Positions 54,626 through 62,432 of a DNA stretch of 64,000 bases are shown here, in pieces. Numbering within the stretch: the stretch's first letter is position 1; every line of letters begins with the position of its first letter. Made by a program: the position numbers and the translations under genes. The DNA comes from Caldilineae bacterium (lineage in GTDB: Bacteria > Chloroflexota > Anaerolineae > JAAEKA01). The notes beneath the pieces were generated by a model that saw nothing but the letters and a program-made list of their open reading frames with translations, was not told where the DNA came from and searched no databases. The stretch is from the NCBI GenBank assembly GCA_020634555.1, contig JACKBK010000001.1, positions 67,317-131,316 on the forward strand, read 5' to 3'.

Positions 54626-56005
54626 TCAGGACGCGCCGCCCAAAACAACGTCCAGCGCTTGGTTCAGTGTGCGCACACCGATCACCTGTATGCCGTCCGG
54701 AGCGGCAATCGCCTTGCTTCTGCCCTTTGGCGCCAGGCAGCGCGTAAAACCCAACTTGGCTGCCTCGTTGAGCCGCCGCTGTAGTTGGCTGACGCTGCGC
54801 AGCTCGCCGCTCAGGCCAACCTCGCCCACCACAGCCAGGTCGGCCGGCACAGGAATGTTCTTCAGGCTGCTGGCAATGGCCGCGGCGACAGCCAGATCAG
54901 CCGCCGGCTCGCTGATGCGCAGCCCACCGACCACGTTGACAAACAGGTCCTGGTCGCTGAGGCGATACCCCATGCGCTTGCTCAAGACCGCGGTCAGCAA
55001 CAGCAGCCGATTGAAGTCAACGCCGTTAGCGGTGCGCCGCGGCTGGGGGAAGCTGGTGGTGGAGGCCAGCGCCTGCACCTCGACCAGCAGCGGGCGGGTG
55101 CCTTCCATGGTCACAGCAATGGAAGACCCGGCCGCGTTGGGTAGCCGCTCGGCCAGGAACGCCTCCGACGGGTTCGCAACCTCACGTAACCCTGCCTCCA
55201 CCATCTCGAAGACGCCCACCTCGTCGGTGGAACCAAAGCGATTCTTGACGCTGCGCAACAGGCGGTAGGTTTGGAAGCGCTCGCCCTCCAGATAGAGCAC
55301 CGTGTCTACCATGTGCTCCAGGACGCGCGGCCCGGCGATGGATCCCTCCTTGGTGACGTGGCCCACCAGGAACATAGGCATCCCCTGTCCCTTGGCCAGC
55401 CGCAACAACTGCGCAGCGCACTCGCGCACCTGGCTGACGCTGCCGGCCGCTGACTGCGAGGCGTCGGAGAAGATCGCCTGGATCGAGTCGACCACCATCA
55501 GCGCCGGCGAAAGCTGTCCGGCGTGATGCAGGATGTTCTCCAGGTGTATCTCGGCGTGAACGTAGAGATTCGCCTCCTCGATACCCAGCCGGCCGGCCCG
55601 AATCTTCAGTTGGCGTGCGCTCTCCTCGGCACTGACATACATCGTATTGCCCTGAGTGCGCGCCATATCAGCCGCCAGTTGCAACAGCAACGTGCTCTTG
55701 CCGATGCCCGGATCGCCGCTTACCAGGACAACGGAACCGGGCACGATGCCGCCGCCCAGCACGCGGCTCAACTCGCTGCCTTTGACAGGTATTCTGTCCA
55801 GCCCGTCGGACGAGATGTCAGGCAGGGGCTGCGGCGCGCCTCCGGCCTCCAGTGGCATGACGGAGCGCGCTCCGCTGGACGGCGGCTTGACGATCTGGCG
55901 TTCTACCAGTGTGTTCCAATCGCCGCAGTCGGGACATTTCCCCATCCACTTGGGCTGGGCACTCCCGCAAGTTTCACAAACGTAGCGAACTCTGATCTTT
56001 GCCAT
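54626..56005 (-). CDS. radA: DNA repair protein RadA/Sms
   Basis: N-terminal zinc ribbon CETCGSAQPKWMGKCPDCGDWN; RecA-like ATPase GDPGIGKSTLLLQ; KNRFG motif; C-terminal Lon-protease-like domain. Confidence 0.9.
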   Translation of the reverse strand: MAKIRVRYVCETCGSAQPKWMGKCPDCGDWNTLVERQIVKPPSSGARSVMPLEAGGAPQPLPDISSDGLDRIPVKGSELSRVLGGGIVPGSVVLVSGDPGIGKSTLLLQLAADMARTQGNTMYVSAEESARQLKIRAGRLGIEEANLYVHAEIHLENILHHAGQLSPALMVVDSIQAIFSDASQSAAGSVSQVRECAAQLLRLAKGQGMPMFLVGHVTKEGSIAGPRVLEHMVDTVLYLEGERFQTYRLLRSVKNRFGSTDEVGVFEMVEAGLREVANPSEAFLAERLPNAAGSSIAVTMEGTRPLLVEVQALASTTSFPQPRRTANGVDFNRLLLLTAVLSKRMGYRLSDQDLFVNVVGGLRISEPAADLAVAAAIASSLKNIPVPADLAVVGEVGLSGELRSVSQLQRRLNEAAKLGFTRCLAPKGRSKAIAAPDGIQVIGVRTLNQALDVVLGGAS

Positions 56006-56144
56006 GATATTGCCGGTTTCAATCGCCAGGAACGGTCGAGGTCTCGTTGCAGCACTAGAACAATTGTACTTATCACCAGGGGATGCGTCAAACAAAAACC
56101 GGGCACCTGTGTGCCCGGCTGTTGGAGCGAAATCTCGTGCGGTA

Positions 56145-58376
56145 TTAACTCCCCGGCTGGTGGCAGGAAAGGCACATTTCGTTGGAATAGCCCTCGTGGT
56201 TGCTGGGGAACGGCTTGACGCTGCCGGTGTAGTGGCAGGTCAAGCACTGGTTTTCCTGGCCCGTGATGTCGTGTGGTATCTCAGGAGCGCTGGCGGCGGC
56301 GGCACCATCGTCGCCCGAACTTGTGTCACCTGAGCTTGTGTCGCCCGATGCCACCGGCAGGTGACATTGCAAACACATGTCGCTGGTTCGGCCAGTGTGG
56401 TCAGCGGGGAAGGGCTTGACGCCGTTTTCGCCGTGGCACAGCACACAGTCATCGCGGCCTTCCAGTGGATGCGGCACGCCAGGTATGCCGGTCGATTCCT
56501 GGGCGGCCGTCGTGGCGGTTGGTTCCGGTGTTGCTTCCTGAACTGCAGTTGCCACTGGTGTTGCAGAGGCCGGCGCCTCGGTCGCGGCCGGCGCTGCATC
56601 AGAAGCCGGCTGATGGCACATCTGGCACTGGTCAACCGTGCGCCCCTCGTGGTCGGCCGGATATGGCTTGATGCCGCCGGTCGCGTGGCAGGCCAGGCAG
56701 TTGTCACGGCCATCCAGGGAGTGCGGGATAGCTGGCGGTCCGCCGGCCGGCGCCGGTGTCTCAGTCGCGCCAGCTTCGACACTCTTGGGGGTCGGCTCGA
56801 CTGCATCGCCCGGCTCGGCCACCCCGGCCGAAGGCTCGATGGTGCCCGTCACCTGATGGCATTGGGTACACATGGTCACGTCGAAGCTCTCGTGACCGTC
56901 CGGGAACGGATGGACACCCTCTGGACCGTGGCAGATCTTACAGTCGGTGTTGGGACCGATGGGGTGGGGAATTACTTCCGGTGTACCGGATCCGGGCACC
57001 TTGGGCGGCGCAACCAGATTGCTGATGCTGGGGGCGTTCAAACCAACGAACTTCCATTCGGTGGCGTGACAGGCCGCGTTGGAACAAAAGCTGGAGTTGT
57101 CCGTTCCACCGGGGTTGCTCACATCATGGCATTCGGCACAGGATTCATCGAACACATAGCGATGTTGAGCCAGCCAGTTTGAGTTCTTGTGCGACTCAGG
57201 CTCGTTCGATGTATCGAGGTTGATGACCGGCGGCTGCTGGCCGGGTTTCACGATTTCAGGAATCGAGTGGCAGACGTTGCACTCCAGGCGAATAGTCTCA
57301 CCGGTCTCGGTAGTGTGCTTACCGTCGTGGCAGCGGAAACAACCGGGGAAGTCCTTGTGGCCGACGTTGTTGGGGTGCGTCTGCCAGCCCACGGACATGT
57401 CAGGAAAGACCGTCTCGTCAAACATGGTCTTGATCTGGTCGATAGCCTTAGCGACCTTGTCCTGATTGGCTGCATAGTACGCCGGGTAGTTCTGGCTATA
57501 GAACTCATCCAGCCGATCGACGGCGTCATGAGCCTCTTCTACGGTGGCATAAGGCGCACTTAGCAGACCCGCTCCCTTGGCCTTGATGTAAGGCATGTCC
57601 TTGTCGATCTGGCCGGTGTTCAGCGCGACATCCATCGAGTCGTTGGGTGATCGGAAGTTGTGCGAGATTCGATTGTGGCAGTCGATGCAGTCCATACGCT
57701 TCAACTCAGCAGCGTTGACCTCACCGAAATCAGGCGGCAAACCAGCCTCGGAATCAAAATACTCGGTGACCGTTCCATCTTTGGCGACCGACTTGACGTA
57801 CGGAATAGTCTGCTTGAGTGGATCGTCCGTGTAGAAATAAACCTCACTGTCGATGTGCCAGTGAATGCCCTTGCCCAGACCCTGCTCCTCCTTGCCGCCG
57901 CCTGTTTTGAAGGTCATGTAGTAGCGTTCTTCGCTGTTGGTCTCGTCCGTCAGGAAGCGGCTGAACTGCTCAAACGTGTCAAAGGAGAACTTGTCCGGGT
58001 TGTGGCATTTCTCGCACGTATCACGCGCCGGTTTCAGATTCTTCACGTAGATCGGGGGATCATAGGTGTTGAACAACGCGTTGGTGACATGAGTGATCTC
58101 TTTGGCTTTGGCAGGCACTGCTTGGCGAAAGCTATCCTGACCAAGATGACAGTCAACACAGGCGACGCGCGCGTGGGGAGACACCTGATAGGCCGTATAT
58201 TCCGGCGGCATGGTATGGCAGGTCGTGCCGCAGAACTCCGGGCTGTTGGTATACTCCCAGGCAGTCGCACTGGCAACTACTGCGAAGCCGATAACAAACG
58301 CAAAAACGGCCAGACCCAGCACCCAGGCCAGCCAGCGTGGTATAGAGCGGAACCAACTGAAAAAACGATTTATCAT
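56145..58376 (-). CDS. Membrane-anchored multiheme cytochrome c: NapC/NirT/CymA-type quinol-dehydrogenase N-terminus fused to a long multiheme extension (about 16 CxxCH motifs) with repeated diheme modules
   Basis: N-terminal TM plus EFCGTTCH ... ACVDCHLG (NapC/NirT family); heme sites CEKCH, CIDCH, CFRCH, CNVCH, CAECH, CKICH, CTQCH, CLACH, CQMCH, CVLCH, CLQCH, CLTCH, CLSCH; four C-terminal repeats of IPHxLxGRxxCLxCHxxGGxKPxPxxHEGxxxxxCxxCHQP separated by P/T/A/E-rich linkers. Confidence 0.85.
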   Translation of the reverse strand: MINRFFSWFRSIPRWLAWVLGLAVFAFVIGFAVVASATAWEYTNSPEFCGTTCHTMPPEYTAYQVSPHARVACVDCHLGQDSFRQAVPAKAKEITHVTNALFNTYDPPIYVKNLKPARDTCEKCHNPDKFSFDTFEQFSRFLTDETNSEERYYMTFKTGGGKEEQGLGKGIHWHIDSEVYFYTDDPLKQTIPYVKSVAKDGTVTEYFDSEAGLPPDFGEVNAAELKRMDCIDCHNRISHNFRSPNDSMDVALNTGQIDKDMPYIKAKGAGLLSAPYATVEEAHDAVDRLDEFYSQNYPAYYAANQDKVAKAIDQIKTMFDETVFPDMSVGWQTHPNNVGHKDFPGCFRCHDGKHTTETGETIRLECNVCHSIPEIVKPGQQPPVINLDTSNEPESHKNSNWLAQHRYVFDESCAECHDVSNPGGTDNSSFCSNAACHATEWKFVGLNAPSISNLVAPPKVPGSGTPEVIPHPIGPNTDCKICHGPEGVHPFPDGHESFDVTMCTQCHQVTGTIEPSAGVAEPGDAVEPTPKSVEAGATETPAPAGGPPAIPHSLDGRDNCLACHATGGIKPYPADHEGRTVDQCQMCHQPASDAAPAATEAPASATPVATAVQEATPEPTATTAAQESTGIPGVPHPLEGRDDCVLCHGENGVKPFPADHTGRTSDMCLQCHLPVASGDTSSGDTSSGDDGAAAASAPEIPHDITGQENQCLTCHYTGSVKPFPSNHEGYSNEMCLSCHQPGS

Positions 58377-58491
58377 GAAGAGCGTCCTAACAAAGCAGTG
58401 CGGAGAATATCACAATTGGCAGGCAATATATCATTCTTAATACCCTCTGTCAAATGGAATCACGCACATTTTCACCGATCCAATCGCCGTC

Positions 58492-59157
58492 TCACTCCTG
58501 TCCAGACAAAAAGACACCGATGTGGTTCTTGACAGCGTAGGTTGCTAGTTCAATACGGTTTGCCAAGTTCAGCTTGCCAAGCAGCCCGCTGACGTGGTTG
58601 CTGACGGTCCGTTCGCTTATCATCAACGCATCGGCGATCTCGCGGTTGCTTTTTCCCTGTGAGACCAGCTCCAACACCTCTATCTCACGGCGTGAGAGAT
58701 TTTGAAAAGCGCTGCCGCGCGCCCGCTGCTCGGTGAGACGAAACTGCTGCAAGACACGTTGAGTCACCCTGGGGTCAAGCAAGGCTTCGCCCCGCCGCGC
58801 CGCCTCGACAGCTCTCACGAGCTCCTGGCTTCCCACCTGTTTGAGCACATATCCCGAAGCCCCCGCCATGATCGCCTCCTTGATCAGCGCATCATCGGCG
58901 TACGAGGTCAGGATCACGACTTGGGTATCGTGACTCGTTGCACAGATCTGGCGACACACCTCAACACCGCTCATGTCAGGCAGGCGAATGTCCAGCAACA
59001 CCAGGTCGGGCCGCAGTTGCTTGCAAAGAACAACAGCCGCGTGGCCGCTCCCTGCCTCACCGACCACCAGGACATCCGGGAGTTCCTCGAGTAGCGTCGC
59101 TAAACCGAGTCGAACGACCTCATGATCATCGACCAACAGAACGCGCAGCTTCTTCAT
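58492..59157 (-). CDS. NarL/FixJ-family response regulator (REC + LuxR HTH)
   Basis: MKKLRVLLVDDHEVVRLGL ... PDLVLLDIRLPDMSG ... LSRREIEVLELVSQGKSNREIADALMISERTVSNHV; ATG overlaps the kinase stop (ATGA). Confidence 0.85.
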   Translation of the reverse strand: MKKLRVLLVDDHEVVRLGLATLLEELPDVLVVGEAGSGHAAVVLCKQLRPDLVLLDIRLPDMSGVEVCRQICATSHDTQVVILTSYADDALIKEAIMAGASGYVLKQVGSQELVRAVEAARRGEALLDPRVTQRVLQQFRLTEQRARGSAFQNLSRREIEVLELVSQGKSNREIADALMISERTVSNHVSGLLGKLNLANRIELATYAVKNHIGVFLSGQE

Positions 59158-60572
59158 GCCATGTCCTCCCATGGAACAGCAATCTGTACGATGGTGCCGC
59201 GCGGCTCGCGTGGCTCGATGAGCAGACTGCCACCCAATATGCGCGCTCTGTCGCGCATATTTCGCAACCCGAAGCCAGTCTGGTAGTCGCGATGAGAAAA
59301 GCCAACCCCATCGTCGGCAACCGCCAGCTTCAAGTGGCCGTTGTGCTGCCTGGCTGTAATCCAGACGTGGCGCGCCTGGGCGTGCCGGGCAACGTTGTTC
59401 AACGCTTCATTCATGATGGCAACCACATGCGCGGTGCGGGCAGGTGAAAGCGACTCGCTGTCATCCAACGTCACAGCAACACTTACCTCGGCCAGGGATT
59501 GCAGATAGGGATCATTCGCCAGTCTATGCAGCTCAACCTCCAGGTCCGAGGCAGTCGCGGCTGGTTCCAGTTCAATGATAAACTGGCGTAGGTCGCGGAC
59601 CGCTTGCTGCAACGCCACGACGACTCGGTCGACACGCGGCGCCAGGGGATCCTCCTCCTGCATACGTTTGCGGACCGACTCGGCGATCAGTCCCGCGGAG
59701 TAGACCGTCTGAATTGCACCGTCGTGAAGCTCGCGGCTGATGCGCTGCCGCTCTGCCGTCAGGATCTGTGCCAGTTCCATATCCTCGATTCGCCGATCGA
59801 CTTCCACATCGAACACGAGCAAACCGCGCACGATGGCAATCAGCAGCACGAGCCCGGCTGTTGACCTGAGCACCTCGACGGGAATACCAAGCATCGCAAC
59901 GATCAATTGCGCATTGAGCGTATTGGCCGGAAAGAAAACCGCCGCCGGGCCCAGAAGACCGGTCAGTACAGCATAGACAAACAGGCTTATGCTGGCAACC
60001 TCGAAGTTGCGGCCGATGCGTTGATAGCCGGGAACCTGCACAGGCAAATGTGCCTGACGCCACAACGCCAGCGCAGCGACCAGCGCACCGGTGAATCCCA
60101 ATAGATACCTTGCCCAAATATTGGCATATAGAACCAACTGTTTTGGTGGCCAGAGTGAAACCTGGCTCTCCCAAAGAAACACAGTCGTCCAGCCCAACAA
60201 CAGCAGTCCTGGAACGGCAATGGTCCATCGCAGTCTGGGGACAAGGGAACTCAATAACACGACACCAAACTGAAACAGGCAGAAGAAAGAAAACGCCAGC
60301 AAAAAAACCTGAGCCATCAACAAGACATCAACCCACGCCGGACTCAGGTAGGCCGCCTGAAGCGGGATGAAGATGATACCCCATTCGTGAAGGCCGTGAA
60401 TCAATCCGAAGGCGCCTAGCCAGCCAAGACTGCGCGCCAGATCAAGCCGGCTGTGCCTGCGAGACTGCCAGAAGATGGCCAATCCGAGCACGAAGAACAC
60501 CTGGCCGTAAATGAACAACACGATGGTTCGATTTAGCTCGAACCAGTTGCGCATGAGCTCCATTGCAGGCAA
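59154..60572 (-). CDS. Membrane sensor histidine kinase (HisKA_3 + HATPase_c), partner of the downstream LuxR regulator
   Basis: Seven predicted TM helices, H-box ELHDGAIQTVYSAGL, ATPase NEALNNVARHAQA ... DDGVGF ... GFGLRNMRDRARILGG. Confidence 0.85.
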   Translation of the reverse strand: MPAMELMRNWFELNRTIVLFIYGQVFFVLGLAIFWQSRRHSRLDLARSLGWLGAFGLIHGLHEWGIIFIPLQAAYLSPAWVDVLLMAQVFLLAFSFFCLFQFGVVLLSSLVPRLRWTIAVPGLLLLGWTTVFLWESQVSLWPPKQLVLYANIWARYLLGFTGALVAALALWRQAHLPVQVPGYQRIGRNFEVASISLFVYAVLTGLLGPAAVFFPANTLNAQLIVAMLGIPVEVLRSTAGLVLLIAIVRGLLVFDVEVDRRIEDMELAQILTAERQRISRELHDGAIQTVYSAGLIAESVRKRMQEEDPLAPRVDRVVVALQQAVRDLRQFIIELEPAATASDLEVELHRLANDPYLQSLAEVSVAVTLDDSESLSPARTAHVVAIMNEALNNVARHAQARHVWITARQHNGHLKLAVADDGVGFSHRDYQTGFGLRNMRDRARILGGSLLIEPREPRGTIVQIAVPWEDMA

Positions 60573-60799
60573 ATTATATGTTCAGTTGAGCGAATGTGCC
60601 AAGCACCTGGTGAATTTGCGTTGATCACCTAGAAAAAACAGGCTGACCTTGCCTTGTGGCGCGCACACATATCCTGTAGACTTGAGTTAGCCGTTGTCTA
60701 TCATCCGGCACGGATCGCGAACTTGTCCCGTGTTTCGCTTCAAGTTAGAACACATAGTCAGCCAGCTCGCAACTGGTCGATCGGGAGGTCATGATAAAA

Positions 60800-61285
60800 A
60801 TGAACCAGCAACGCCAGCCAGATGAAATGCCCCAGACACAAGCGCCTGACCCGGGGCGACGCCAGTTTATCACATACCTTCTGGGTTTCTCTGTAGTCGC
60901 GACCGTTGTAGGCGTTGCTACGCCGATCGCGGGCTACCTTTGGCCGCCCATACGATCTTCTAGTGACACAGGGGGCCGAGTTCCTGTGGGCACGACCACC
61001 GAAATTCCCGTCGGTCATGGCGAGGTAGTTGCTGTGGACGACAAGCCGGTGGTCGTTGTAAACACCGAACAAGGTGGCATCAAGGCATATTCGGCGATCT
61101 GCACCCATCTTGGTTGCATCTCGAAATGGGATCCACAACGCCAGGTGATTCTCTGTCCATGCCACGACGGACGGTTCAACCCGGTAAACGGCGCGGTCAT
61201 ATCCGGCCCGCCGCCTACTCCGCTGCCTGCATATCAAGTGTCTGTTGAAGGCGACACGATTTTTGTGAGCGACTCGCAGGCTTGA
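60800..61285 (+). CDS. Rieske [2Fe-2S] subunit of a cytochrome bc/b6f-type complex (Tat signal)
   Basis: RRQFITYLLG twin-Arg motif; cluster boxes CTHLGC and CPCHDGRF; GGGAGG SD 11 nt upstream. Confidence 0.85.
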   Translation: MNQQRQPDEMPQTQAPDPGRRQFITYLLGFSVVATVVGVATPIAGYLWPPIRSSSDTGGRVPVGTTTEIPVGHGEVVAVDDKPVVVVNTEQGGIKAYSAICTHLGCISKWDPQRQVILCPCHDGRFNPVNGAVISGPPPTPLPAYQVSVEGDTIFVSDSQA

Positions 61286-61310
61286 TCTGCTGCCCTCAGG
61301 GAGACAGACT

Positions 61311-62408
61311 ATGGAAGCACAAGACAGCCGCTCTCGTCGCATCTGGAACTGGTTCGAGGTGCGCTATCGCGTAGGTACGGTTGCCAACGCGATGGTGCAT
61401 GTGAAGATTCCCAGATCAGCGCGTACATTCTATTTCGGCGGCATCACGATGTTCTTCTTCATGGTACAGGTTATCACCGGTGTGCTGCTGGTAATCTACT
61501 ACCAGCCTACACCCGATGCAGCCTACGGCAGCATCCTGTTTATCATGAACGAAGTGAGCTTCGGCTGGCTGATTCGCAGCGTCCATTCCTGGAGCGCGAA
61601 TCTCATGATCCTGTTCTGCGTGCTCCATCTGCTACGAGTATTTTTCCAGGGTGCATATAAACGTCCGCGCGAGGTTACCTGGGGTGTAGGCTTTGCCTTG
61701 CTGGCGCTAACGCTGCTGTTCGGTTTCACCGGCTATTTGCTGCCGTGGGATCAACGAGCCTACTGGGCAACAACAGTCGGCACCGAGATCGCTGGCGCCC
61801 TGCCGATTGTGGGCAGCGCGCTGGACCTGTTGTTGCGCGGTGGAAGTGACATCACCGCACGCACGCTAAGCCGCTTCTTCGGCGTCCACGTGTTGGTTCT
61901 GCCACTTTCAGTATTACTTTTCCTGGTGTTACACCTGACGATGGTGCATCAACAGGGCCTTGCCGACCCAAAACGCGAGAACGTCAACGACGAGACTCTG
62001 CCTCCCGGCGACTTCAATCCTGGCAGTCCGGAGAGCAAGCGTCAGTTGCTTCCCTTCTTTCCCAATTACATTCTGGACGAAATCATCGCCTGGTACATCA
62101 TGCTGGCGGCGCTCATCGTCCTTGCCTCTCTGTTTCCTGCCGGATTAGAGGAGGCCGCCAACCCACTGAGCACACCGGCGCACACCAAACCAGAATGGTA
62201 TTTCCTGTTTCTCTATCAAGGGCTGAAGGTAATCCCGCGGATCGTAGGCGTGACGTTGCCGATCGTGGCGGCGGTAGTGCTGCTGTTCCTGCCGTTTTTG
62301 GACCGAAACCCATACATCGCCGCCCGAAGGCGGCCGATCGCCATCGGACTCGGCGTCATCAGCCTTGTCGGCATTATCTCATTTACCATCTGGGGCCGGT
62401 TCAGCTAG
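61311..62408 (+). CDS. Cytochrome b subunit (b6-like, with subunit-IV-equivalent region fused) of the bc complex
   Basis: 365 aa; heme-ligand His pairs in helices B and D (SVHSWSANLMILFCVLHLLRVFF; FGVHVLVLPL ... HLTMVHQQG); PEWY-region replaced by PEWYFLFLYQ; GGGAGA SD. Confidence 0.9.
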   Translation: MEAQDSRSRRIWNWFEVRYRVGTVANAMVHVKIPRSARTFYFGGITMFFFMVQVITGVLLVIYYQPTPDAAYGSILFIMNEVSFGWLIRSVHSWSANLMILFCVLHLLRVFFQGAYKRPREVTWGVGFALLALTLLFGFTGYLLPWDQRAYWATTVGTEIAGALPIVGSALDLLLRGGSDITARTLSRFFGVHVLVLPLSVLLFLVLHLTMVHQQGLADPKRENVNDETLPPGDFNPGSPESKRQLLPFFPNYILDEIIAWYIMLAALIVLASLFPAGLEEAANPLSTPAHTKPEWYFLFLYQGLKVIPRIVGVTLPIVAAVVLLFLPFLDRNPYIAARRRPIAIGLGVISLVGIISFTIWGRFS

Positions 62409-62432
62409 CGCCTGGACGAGAGGATCTTTGCA